A stretch of DNA of 64,000 nucleotides, taken from the NCBI GenBank assembly GCA_964016885.1, contig OZ024741.1:34782001-34846000 (forward strand), in the 5' to 3' direction. The notes under the pieces were generated by a model, which saw nothing but the letters and a program-made list of their open reading frames with translations, made no database searches and had not been told where the DNA came from. Shown here piece by piece: positions 12,665-25,500 of this stretch; the first letter of the stretch is position 1; each line of letters opens with the position of its first letter. A program made the translations under genes and the position numbers. The DNA is from Eledone cirrhosa (taxonomy: Eukaryota).

Positions 12665-14590
12665 AGGGTATTAAATACATTGAAAGCCATCTGCAGTTGT
12701 ATTCAGGTTTATTTTCATCTCTATGATACATATTTCACTGAGCTTGTCAGATGGTATAAAAATCTTTAAACAATTTCACACATACACACACTTCTTTTTC
12801 TTATTCTCCTTCTTTCTCCTCCTCCTCATTTGCCCACTTATTCCTGAGACTGTTGTGGGGGCAGAGTCCTCAAACACTCCTTCCAGCGGGTCCTGTCAGA
12901 AGCAACCATCTCTTTTTAAAGAAATATTTTTTTAACAATTTCACACAACTTAAAAATGTTTTTCCAATTCTTTCAAAAAATTCCCTCAAAAATTTATTTT
13001 TATGATACGAGTGACCAGTGGTATGAGTTGTTCAGGTGCCAGCTGGTATAGAAGAGGTAGGAAGAAAACTACCTAGCCATTAACCTCAGTAAAACATGTA
13101 TCATGGAAATGAAAATAAAGCTGAATACAACTGTATATGGTCTTCAATGTATCTAATACTCTTTAATGCTCTGGCTTCATTTTTTTTCTGCATCACAGCT
13201 GACTGACTAGAATGTGGATTGCACATCCCTGGTCGTTTAGCTCCATATTAAAATAATGATATATATATATATATATATCGCATGGCTTAGTGGTCAGAGT
13301 ATTCAGCTTGCAATCGGGAGGTTGTGAGTTTGATTCTAGGACCGGGTTTGTGTTGTGTTCTTCAGCAAGACACTTTATTTCATTTGCTCCAGTTCACTAA
13401 GCTATAAAAATAAGTTGCAATATCACTGGTGCCAAGCTGTATTGGCAATTGTCATATGCATGGGCAACTGCTGGTCTTCCACAAACAACCTTGCCTGGAC
13501 TTGCACCTGAGAGGGGAACTTTCTAGGTGCAAAACCCATGGTCATTCATGACTGACATGTGACTTTACCCTTTTATATATACATCATGTAACATTTACAT
13601 TTACAAAAATGGTTTTTATAGTAATACTTACCAACAACATCAGCAAAAGTCTGCACCAGCAAGGAGTTATTTCTCAGACCTCCACACATGTGTACCACAC
13701 TGACATTATACCCATATTTTTCAAGTTCCTGAATGATGTGTTTGGTGCCATACTGAAAAACAAAAAAAGAGGCAATATAATTTCAATGAAAGTTATTTGT
13801 GAAATGAAACAGTTGAAGGTTTGTTCTTAGAAGCTATCTTAAATATAGGCATGGCTGTATGGTTAAGGAGTTTGCTTTGCAACCACGTAGCTTTGTGTTA
13901 AGTCCCACTGTGTGATACCCCAGGAAAGTGTCTTCTACTATAGCTTCAGGTTGACCAATGCCTTGTGAATGTAATTTGTAAGACAGAAACTATACAGAAA
14001 CCTGTATATATATATTTATATAATGTATCACATCCGCAACAATGCAGCACGCCATTTTTCATCCCTATATTTTTTCCTTTCGCTGTGACCCGTCTCTTTC
14101 TCTTCCCTTACTGATATCCTCTTTCTCTCTCCCCCTTCTCACTCCTTGTACCTCTTACTTTCATTCACCCCCTCTGCTACTCACCCTCTCTCACTTCCAC
14201 TCGTCTGACCCGTGTGAAATTCTTTTCTCGCTCACATTTTGCATGGCTTGGATGCGTCTTTCGTCTTCTCGTCAATGATTTGCCAGATCTTATGTTCACT
14301 TGTATCACTGACTTGATTTCTCATTTTCCCGCTTTACGTTGCCTTACCATTCTTCTTTGTTTACATGTCTCTCTTTCTCCACCCAATTCTTTTTATCCCA
14401 ATAACTTTATTTAGTTATTGCTCGTGCTGGCCTGAGGTATGTTAATGCAAAGATATACCTATGATAGCCAGAAGATCACTGATGATGCATAGCCCTGGCT
14501 TCTTACACTATATTTTAATTCATATGTATCACATCCGCAACAACGCAGCACGCCATTTTTCATCCCTATATATATATATACATTTTTCAT

Positions 14591-14630
<40 letters not shown>

Positions 14631-16478
14631 TTTACTCAGCTGTAGAAATGAGATGATAGCGACTGGGGTCCCTATCATTCCACTGCAAAGTGGTCGTGGA
14701 GGTGCCACGGCAAAAAAGCACCCAGCACTCACTGTAAATGAGGTTGGTGTTAGGAAGGGCATCCAGCTGTAGAAATCAAGCCAGAATCAGTTCCCGTCCC
14801 ACCCTTGCAAGCAGGGAAAAAGCGGATGTAAAATGATGATGATGATACAGTTTCGACTGTTCTCAAGTCCAGCAGTTGCAAGCAGTGGGAGGGACCGTCC
14901 TGATGAAGGCCAGTCAAGGCTGAAATGCATAGACGGTTGTCCCCCTTGCTTCTGCTGGACACCACCAGAGGGTGTTAGCCCCGGTGTTTGCATAGCTACG
15001 GCTTCCTAAATGTTTCCTGTAAACATACCGTGTTTTTTTTAGAAATACAACATTTCTATACATATCTGTATAAAGCTATGCTTGAAGTGAAATCCTATTT
15101 TATATGTATATATGTGCGTGTGCGTGTGCATGCTTAATTTTACTATCTGTTTATATCTTGTAACTTAGCAGTTCAACAAATAGATATTGATAAAATGATA
15201 AAATAAGTACTTAGTTCGATATGATTGACTAAATTCCTTGAAGGATGGATATAGGCTAATTATTGAAACCAATAATAATATAAATGAATAATACGTACCT
15301 TATGTGTTTCAATTAATTTTGAAAACAATCTGAAATTTGGAAAGATTTAATAAAACAAGTAACTTTTTTATTATTAATCTTGTGTTTGGAAAATAACTTA
15401 ACAATAGTTTCTTGTATGAAGTTATGATGAAAGGTTTTTATTAATATATGAACATTTTATAATAAGCAGATTTGTATGATAGAAGCAGAGGCCATTGTAG
15501 TAGCAGTAGGATAGAGAGAGAAGACAGCAAGTCTATGTAACAGTTGATGAAGTATGCGAGTGACTTTATGTCAACAAGTAAGGTGGTTTGTCTTCTAATC
15601 ATAACACCAGGCATAGTTTAAACCTTTTGATACTAAACAAACTAAAACCACCCATGGCTCTATGATACAAATCAGTTAATTCTAAAGTGTTTATATTTAT
15701 ATAAAGCATTTTTTATCATAATTTTATTGAGAACACTTGTTATGTCATGTTACAAACACCAACTAAATAATTGTTTCTACTTTTTGGCACAAGGGCAGCA
15801 ATTATCCTAGTGTATTACTGGTACTTTATTTTATTGACCCCATAAGGATAAAAGGCAAAGTTAACCTCGGCGGGATTTGAACTCAGTCCGTAAAGGGACG
15901 TAACTGTGCTACAAAGCATCGCGTCCGACCCTCTACCGATACTGCCAATCCACCAATGAAAGATTTATATTACTAAATCCCACCACATTCTTCATTCTTT
16001 TCGAAGTTAGTTGAAAATCAAAAGCAGTATTTTTCATGGTAGTGAAATAGTTAAAGCATTTATTGTATCTAAAAAGCTTCCATCATAATTTCATGTAAGA
16101 ACCTTTGTTAAGTTATTTTCCAAACAACAGATAATGAGAAACTTAGTTATGTTACTAAATCCTCCCAAATTGTTGGTTATTTTCAGCATGATTTGAAAGT
16201 ATATATATTTCATGAGAAATATGGTAATGAAAGGTTAAATTCACTTCTGATTCATCATAATCATTACTGAATATAATCATCAGAATACTCACTGCAATGG
16301 CCTGCACTGCAGCTAAATAAAGTAAACACAATTCTTTCTGTGTAGATGAAAGCTTCAATCCTGAAATCTGTAAATACAATAAAGTTTCAATGTGAATATC
16401 TCTTTACTAGAATGGGTCGTCAAGTATGAAATTTGTAGAAAAAAAAAAGAAAATTCTACAAATTTCATACTTGACGAC

Positions 16479-16516
<38 letters not shown>

Positions 16517-19500
16517 ACACATTTTGGGGAACAACAAATATCCTGTGGAAGGTACTGTCTTTCTGAGGTTACATAACTTGATAAGGAGTCAAATGCTCCA
16601 GTGTTAATAAGATCATGACTGTACAACAGAATAATAATTATTCTTCTCCAACCTATTCCTGTGTCATGGAGGCAAAGTCCCCAAAATAACCTCACAGAGG
16701 GTCCTATCATAAGTAACCCTTTCCAAATGATCTGACTTGATCCCCAAGTGAGACCAACCAAGCTTATGAATACTATCCAACTATCTTGCTCATGGTCTAC
16801 ATCTGGTTCTCCAGTTGGCTTTGCCTTTAAAATCTATCCAGCAATTCTTTCTTTAGATATTCTAACCACATGTCCACAGTACCAGAGCTGCAAACTCTTG
16901 ATGTAATGAAATAGTGGCTCTTCCTGGAGCAATACTTTAATCTCTGAATAATGTTACTCCAATGACCCTTCAAGGGAACCTAATTTTGGCTGCTTGTATT
17001 CGTGATCTTATTGTTTTAGTTATTTGTAAGATTTCTGACTATAGGTAGGCATAAAAAAAAAGATGTATATAAAATAGGAAACATACCATTCCTTGTAGTG
17101 TAGGATCTGCAAGTGGGGAACGGTTACCATGGAAATCTGGCCACATATGTAACTTGGAAGTAAGCAAGGCCACAGATGATAGCTTGTATTGGTCTTTTAA
17201 AGATTCTAATATTTCATTGATAATGGTGTATATATGAACAGATCTACAAGAACAATAAAAATATCATGATCTTCATTTCTCCATTTCCCTACGACTGCTG
17301 TTATAATTGCCATTAATAGAATCCTTACTACCACATTTATTTTCTCACAGATGGATCTTTACCATCAATAATGATGGTAATAGCAATGAATGTATTTAAT
17401 TTTTGGAGTACCTGGATTGGTATGCCATATATACCGAGATTACTAGATATATGAACAATCAAAAAACTGGGGATTTTCTGTATGTAAAGTTTGAAGTTAC
17501 AGATGGAAGTATACATAAATATGCAAACATATATAATGTGTTATTTATATTTTATATATAGCTTAAGAACATTAATCAGATAAATCTGTGTTATTGCTTA
17601 ATCTAAGTCATGATTGCCTTCTTTTTTAAAATTAAACTCTGATGAGTCCTATAATATATGCTAACTAATAGCAAATTGTTAAATAACTTGCTGTTGGTAG
17701 TATATTACTATCGGAAGAAACAATTGTCAGTGATTAAATGTCTTGAACTTTTAATTTTAGTTTATAAGCACATTATAATTATATATTGGCCCTGCTTAAT
17801 CCTTTCATAGCATTGAGCTAAAATACACCTAGTAAATGAGTAAAATTTACTCTCATAATATTACTATATATATAGAGAGAATAAGAAAAAGCGAAGTAGT
17901 TTCAGATGTTAAAGTCCTTTAATGATAATGCTGTGATACATATTTCAATGACGACAGTGGCCACACGGTTCGGTGTACCCAGTGCCGTGACATCATCAGA
18001 CAGCTCCTTACATAATAAGGTTATGTTTCCGAGGCAATCCAAATTGAATCGACATGGGAACAGACAAAGCATGTGCTCTTGAATTCTTCGCCCATTCCCT
18101 TGTGAGTCCCAATTCACCCCCACCGGACTGCGCAAGCGCAAGTCTGAATGAAGTTGATCATCAACTATCCCAAAGTTCTACGAAAACTCGCCTAGGCAGG
18201 TCCCCCTCTCAACCAAACAATCACCCCATCCAGGTCTGTAATATGACACGGTTATAGTTTACTGCTAGCCACTCTGCCAGTGGTATTTGGCCGAAAGCTA
18301 GTGGGGTGAGAGAGCATGAGTTTCAATAGGTCTCAATACTACCCCTAAATTAAGTATGGACAGTAGGATTGACCATCACCCGCTAAGAGAATATATACTT
18401 ATTTCTAGGTATTATGGTTTCACTGTGGAAATTATGATTGAGAATTAGAAATTAAAACTAAAAATTAAAAATCAAAAATTAAAAATATTACAAGTTAAAA
18501 TCATTATTGAAGTAAGTAAAAAAAATACATGTAAATATAATAACTAATAAATAGGGAGATGTTTAAATTATAGTAAGAAGGATCAATATTACAGATATAT
18601 TATCCATATATTGAACGATAGTACCGTACAGTAGATTACAGTAAATTACAGTATGAAAGGTAGTAGTTAGGCAAATACATAGTTAATATCTCTATCACAT
18701 GAATCAAAACAAAAAATACAAAATATAAAATACACAAAAAATACATAGATGCAAAATGAGATAGGAGATATATATGTAAAATGAGATAGGAGATATATAT
18801 GAGAAACATATACGAGGAAGGTAAACTATGGAAATGAGGGTACAGGTGGTTAAGATGATTGTCAATTTTGTCCATTTAAAGTGCATATAAAAATTTGTTA
18901 TCTGATGAAGTGAGGGAGCTTCCATTCAAGGCCTCTGTGCAAATGCAATTTGCTGCAGGAAAATAGGGGTTTATATATATGTAAAAGGTAAACAGAAATA
19001 ACAACACAATCGGTACAGTATATGGAAGGTATATATTAGGTTAATGCTTGATATAGCAGGAAGAGGGTCTTAACGTTTCGGACGCTAGTCCTTCATCAGA
19101 AGAGAGAATGAGAAATAAGATAGATTGAGGGGATGAGGGGATGGGTGGGATGGAATTGGAAAAAATGTCTTTAGATAAAAATAACAGGTCCATTCATGTT
19201 GACATCTCTTGCATCGTTTAACGTCTATCTTCCACGCTAGCATGGAAGATATATATATCTGTAATGAAGGAATAACCATTCTTCCTTGTATTATTATTAT
19301 TATATATATATAAAGGATTGGTCAAGGCAAGACTAGTTATAGATATATACCCAAGGTACCATGCAGAGGGAGTGAACCTGAAACCACACAGCTATACCTA
19401 GGTTCATAAATATTAATTTTTCTTTTAATCCTTACTTTTCTTCTGCCTTCTTCTGAACAGCTGGAAAAGCACTATGGTTCTTCACAATGTGGGCAAGCTA

Positions 19501-22500
19501 GAAAACATAAGACTCTATTTGAGGAAATGTTAAATATGATGACTGATATTTTACAGAAAATAAACAGAACAACAAGGACTGAAATTCTTTGTTCTAGTGA
19601 TGAAAATATTTAACAATTTTAATAATTAAAGAGGAAAAAGATGAGGAGACAGCTATGATGATGGTCATCATGATAATGATTTCTGATTTAGGCACAAGGC
19701 CAGCAATTTTGGGGGAGAGAAAGTTGATTAAATCGACCCCAGTGCATTACTGGTGCTTTATTTATCGACCCCGTAAGGATGAAAGGCAAAGCTAACCTTC
19801 GCAGGATTTGAACTCAGAACACAAAGGGTCGAAATTCTATGATGCAAATAATAATGATAATGGTTTCTGATTTAGGCACAAGGCCAGCAATTTGGTGAGA
19901 GGGAAAGTCGATTAAATCGACCCCAGTGCATAACTGGTACTTTATTTTATTGACCCTGTAAGGATGAAAGACAAAGATAATCTTAGTGGGATTTGAACTC
20001 AGAACGTAAAGATCCGTAACTATATGCCACAAATAATAATAATAATTATTGTTTCTACTTTTGGCACAAGGCCAGCATTCATCCCATGATAATAACTGTT
20101 TCTACTTTTGGCACAAGGCCAGCAATTACCCAGTACATTACTGGTACTTTATTTTATCGACCCCGTAAGGATGAAAGGCAAAGTTAACCCCGGCGGGATT
20201 TGAACTCAGAATGGCAAGGGCCGTAACTCTATGCGTCAAAGCATGGCATCCGACCCTTTACCGATACTGCCAAAATAGTCTCCAAAAGCCTGCAATTTTG
20301 AGTGAGGGGAAAATTGACCCCAGTACTTGATTGGTACTTTATTTTATCAACCCTTAGAAGGATGAAAGGCAAAATTGAACTTAGAATACAAAAAGCTGGA
20401 ACAAATGCTGCAAAGTATTTCAGCCAGCAGTCTAATGATTAGAATACAAATAATTAATGAGAATATGCTACTTCATTGCTCTGATAAATATCTATTAAGT
20501 TTGATGAAATGACAATGAAGGAAATTTAGAAAGTAAAGTAACAATATGTTAAAGGAAAGCTGTGTAAATAACGCATTAATTTATTGAAATTCTATTAATC
20601 TCCATTATTATTATCATCATTAGCGTTGGCAGTATCGGTAGAGGGTCGGACGCCATGCTTTGCAGCATAGAGCTACGGCCCTTTATGATCTGAGTTCAAA
20701 TCCCACCGAGGTTAACTTTGTCTTTCATCCTTACGGGGGTCAATAAAATAAAGTACCAGTAATACACTGTGATAATTGCTGGCCTTGTGCCAAAAGTAGA
20801 AACAATTATTATCATTATCATCATCTAAAATCCGTTTTCCCTGTTAGCAAAGTCTGGACATGGCATCACAGATTGATTACTACGCTACTGATCTTTCAGA
20901 TGTGTCAGGAGCCCAATATATAATTCCCTACTCCATCAGGTCCATTCTATCTAGGGAAGTTATCATATACTTGACACAGCTGCATGGCTTTCTTATCACC
21001 AATCACTTTACAGAGTGTACATGGTGCATTTATTGATTCATGTAATAGATAATTGTTTCTACTTTTGGCACAAGGCCAGCAATTACCCAGTGTTTTACTG
21101 GTACTTTATTTTATCGACCCCATAAGGATGAAAGGCAAAGTTAACCTCGGCGGGATTTGAACTCAGAATGGCAAAGGCCGTAACTATGCGTCAAAGCATG
21201 GTGTCCGACCCTCTACCGATACTGCCAATCCACCACCCTAATTCATGTAATAAATAATGTGCTGTAAATATTTGTACTGTTCACTGATTAGCTACCTCAT
21301 GTAAAACACTAACAGATCTTAAGTCAAATCACCTCCAGGCAGATTTAATCCCTTACAAAAACCATATCAATGATATAAGAACACATACCACTGACTTAGA
21401 GTGCAAATGAAGACTCACTGTTACAGTCCAGGTAAAAAACAGTCAAGTAGAATTTATCACACTCTACAGTTGTAGTCCTGGTATGAGGCATAACAACAAC
21501 ACACAACAAGCATTTTAAGGTCATTTTCCTTGCTAAAGAAGTAGTTAACCTTGCAAAACCCATGACAGTGTAACGGAATACTCCTGTCTTACCGGCGAAG
21601 ATTCGAAAACGAATCTGAGGTTTCTCGCCTCTGGGACCACCTATTGTTGGAGGTTCCCACGATTGTCTTGTCAAGAAACAGTATGATAAACGTACATACC
21701 ACTTGACCTGTGACCCCAGCTTGTAGACATAATGATAACACAGACGAGAGAAGAAGGTTCTACTACACTGTGAAATTTCTCTTCATGAAAAACGAGTGTT
21801 TGCTATGTTCTCACTTTTCATACCAACCCGACAGATCAACTACAACTACAGCAATAATGTATACTAAGAATACACACACAAACACATAGTAAGTTTCATT
21901 TGTTTACTGCTACGCTCCATCTATTCTTCAGTCTTCCTGTCATCATTGTATCTGTAAGATACAACTTTTACGATATCGTTTTCTGTGATAATGCATTTAC
22001 GCTAGCTCATAGAAGCTAGTCAGCTAATTAATGTAGTGATAATTCATGTACCAACAAGTGAATATTGTTATTGTAAAATAAACATTGTTAACATCACAAT
22101 TCTGGCATTATTCTTTTTATCATACATCCATCAAAGAAAACATTTATCCACTACAACAGTCTTCATATTCATCATAGGATTCTTTTTGAGGCAGCTCTTT
22201 CTAGCACCAGTCCTTTTAGTTGCCTTTTATAACATGCAGGGATACAGCGTAATTATTCTAAACAGTGTACACATAAATGAAGTATAAAAGCTCCCAAACA
22301 GGGATCAAAATGCAACAAAAATACATTTTACTAAAAGATTACCACTCTGTTTGCTTGCAGACAATTTTCACAAAGAAAGAGAGTACTTACTAGGTTACCT
22401 GCTGCACTCTGACCACCCTCAGCTGACCAAAGACCAGGAAGTATTGATGAGTAATAAGGTCCCCAAACACCGGGTACAAATCTAGCAGATGAACTAAACT

Positions 22501-25500
22501 TTTATTGAAAAATATATAAAATTCATTTAATTATATAATTCCATATTAAAAAAATTCTCAAATTAAATGATAGTCTGTGTATTAGGCTTAATATGATTTA
22601 AATTAAAATATTAGCAGTTAATTAACTTATAGTACCCAGGTTTACATATGTTTAATAATCATTTTCAGCAATGGTGAATATATCATCATCATCATTATCA
22701 CTGTTTAACATCCATTTTCCCCCCACTAGCATGGGTTAGATGAATTATCCTTTTGTGGGTCAAGTCAGGTCAGATGACTGTGCCTTGCTTATATAGGACT
22801 GTTTCTGGCTTAGTTTCTTTGGCTGGATACCCTTCCTAATGCCAATCACATTTACAGCGGTGCCTTTTATCGTGGCCTCAAAATGATCACTATGTGCAAA
22901 ATAATAACAAACGGTGATTTGTTGAACTGTTGTTTATGACAAACATTTACAAATATAAGAAAAAGTGATCTACTCTTAAAATCTAGGTCTTGTTACCTGC
23001 CACACCAGAAGTGCCTTCTCTGTTGACCAGTTCAATAACAAGTCTGCATTAAAGGTCCTTCATCAACAGTTCTTCTTTTACAAGCTGATGAACAATGCTC
23101 TACAATAACACCAATATTGGAATGGAATGGACTTCTGTCAGTTTTGATGCTGAATGTTCAAGTTGTTTAATCAACGAGACAACCTGTTCATGAAATTAAT
23201 AGCATTTTGCAGACACATTTACCCTTAATGTAATTCTCAGGGAGATTCAGCAAGACAAAGTTTTTGACAATGCTAGCCTTTTGAATTACTGGTATAGTCC
23301 ACCTGACAGACTTCCAAGGAGTTTCCATTTACCCAAGTTTACTCACACAGTTTGATTCGATCTAAAGCTATCGTAAATAACACTTGCCCAAGATGCTACA
23401 CATTGGAATCAACTGAGACCTCATGATTGCAAAGTGATCTTGTTAACCATTCAGCTACGCAATGCCATCATCATCATTTACACCTACTTTCCACACTGGC
23501 ATAAGTTGGACAGTTTCCAAGACCAGACAGGTTGGGACAACCTGTCTTGCTCAAAAATTTCCCATTTCGCATGACCTCTACGATTAGATGCACTATAATG
23601 CCAACCACCTTACAAAGTGTACTAGGTATATTTTTTCTTGGCACTACTACTACTTTACAGAGGGTACTGGGTTCATATTTTCATGGAACCCACACTAACA
23701 TTTTACAGGGTGTGCTGTGTTTTTTGTTTTGTTTTTTGTTAACAATATAACAATTAAGCCAAAAGGGACAATACCATCATATGACAGTTTGATGTTCCAC
23801 TAATAAGTGACATTCGATTAAGCAATGGTGGTGCTGCCATATTCCTGGGTTTACAGTTTATAGAACCTAAAAGAAGAAAGAAGCAAAATGTTTAAGAAAA
23901 ATGGAGAAAAGAAAAAAGGAGGATCCACTTCTACTATGTACCAATAAGGAGCCTTTTATATCTGTGATTCCTAACTTTTCTCATCCCATTTTACCCCATG
24001 ACAATATTTTGAAAGTAAATTTACTCACAATCTGTATTTGACAACTAATGAAGCAGTAAATTGTCAGTGTTGTTAGAACATTTGATAGAATGTTATTCAT
24101 TCTGGCTCTCTGAATTTAAATCCCACACAGATCAACTTTGCCTTTCAACCTTTCAAGTCAATAAAAAAGTACCAGCCCAGTACTGGGGTCAATTCTTTCT
24201 CTATATCTCTTTTAAATTTACATTTCTATCATAATACACCAACTATCACAACAACTAGCATTTTAAGGCCATTTTCCCTTCTAAAGCAGGGTTTAGCCTT
24301 AGGGACCCCATAACAAGGTTGTCTATTTTTGCCTTATCATCTGCATCCCTGTTCACCAAACTTCTGGTTTTGATTTCCTCCTCTATCATATTTTGTCATG
24401 TTTTTGAAGGTCTTCCTCTTCCTCTTTCCATCACTCCTCTCACTCAAATCACTTTCATTCTTCTTGATTACATGATCCAGTCATCTCATTCCATTCCTTT
24501 TCACATTTATCACTGGCTCTATTCCCATCATTCCCTGAAATTCATTGTTTGTCTTCCTTTCCCTGAACGATACTCCACTCATCCACTAGACCATTCTCAT
24601 TTCCTTTCTTTCTAGTGTTCTCTGTTACTCTGTGTTCATTGCCGATCCATGCCATGCTTCCATAAATCCTGTCTCTTTTCACACAGGGAACAAATACCTT
24701 TCACTTCAGTTTCAGCAACACTTCCCTCCTCATTTGTACACCATTCAGTTCCCAGAACATCTTCTGTGCACATCACACTCTAGATTCTGTCACAGTGTCT
24801 GATCCTCCTTTTCCATTCAACATGACTCCAAGGTAATAAAATGCTTTCACACCTTCCATCTCTACACCATTCCCAAGATCCAGCTCAACATACTCTCCAT
24901 CTGTAGCTATAAATACTTTACACTTAAATGTAAATACCACATACTTTCAAACCCTTTCATTTCCAAGTTCTCATATACACCACATTGATCACTTACCAAT
25001 TGTTCCAGCATGAGCATCAATAATGGATGTAGCAACAGCTATTCCTTCAGCAAGACCTAATTCAGCAGCTGCCTTGACAGAAAGATCAGTTGGGCAAACA
25101 TTTTCTCCAGGAGACTTTACTTCTTTGCCTGTTATATATAAAAAATATATATATAAAAAATTGTTAGAATGTCAGATAGAATACTTTGTGGTGTTCATTC
25201 TGATGCTCTGCTCTCTGAGTTCACATCCCACCAAGGTCAAATTTATTTTCATCCTTTTGAGGTAAAAAAAAATATGTGCCAGTTCAGTACAAGGGTTGAT
25301 TTTTCCTCGATATTTCTTTCTCACTTTGTTATGGTACTAGATAGGTCAGTGTCCATGTCTTACTAGTATGATCCACTTTTGGTTTGGTTTTTGGTGGTTG
25401 CATGCCCTTTCTAATGCCAACCACATTACAAGTACTAGGAGCATTTTTTGTGACACCACCACTACAACCTTACAGGGTGGACTGAGTGATTTTGTCATGA

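Noticed and set aside
14418-14471. Possible SECIS hairpin (TGAG...AAAG...TGAT)
   Set aside because: Helix II spacing and the quartet do not fit the canonical SECIS geometry by eye, and there is no associated UGA-containing ORF.
18902-18935. CTGATGAAG on the plus strand
   Set aside because: No stem II closing onto GAAA follows.
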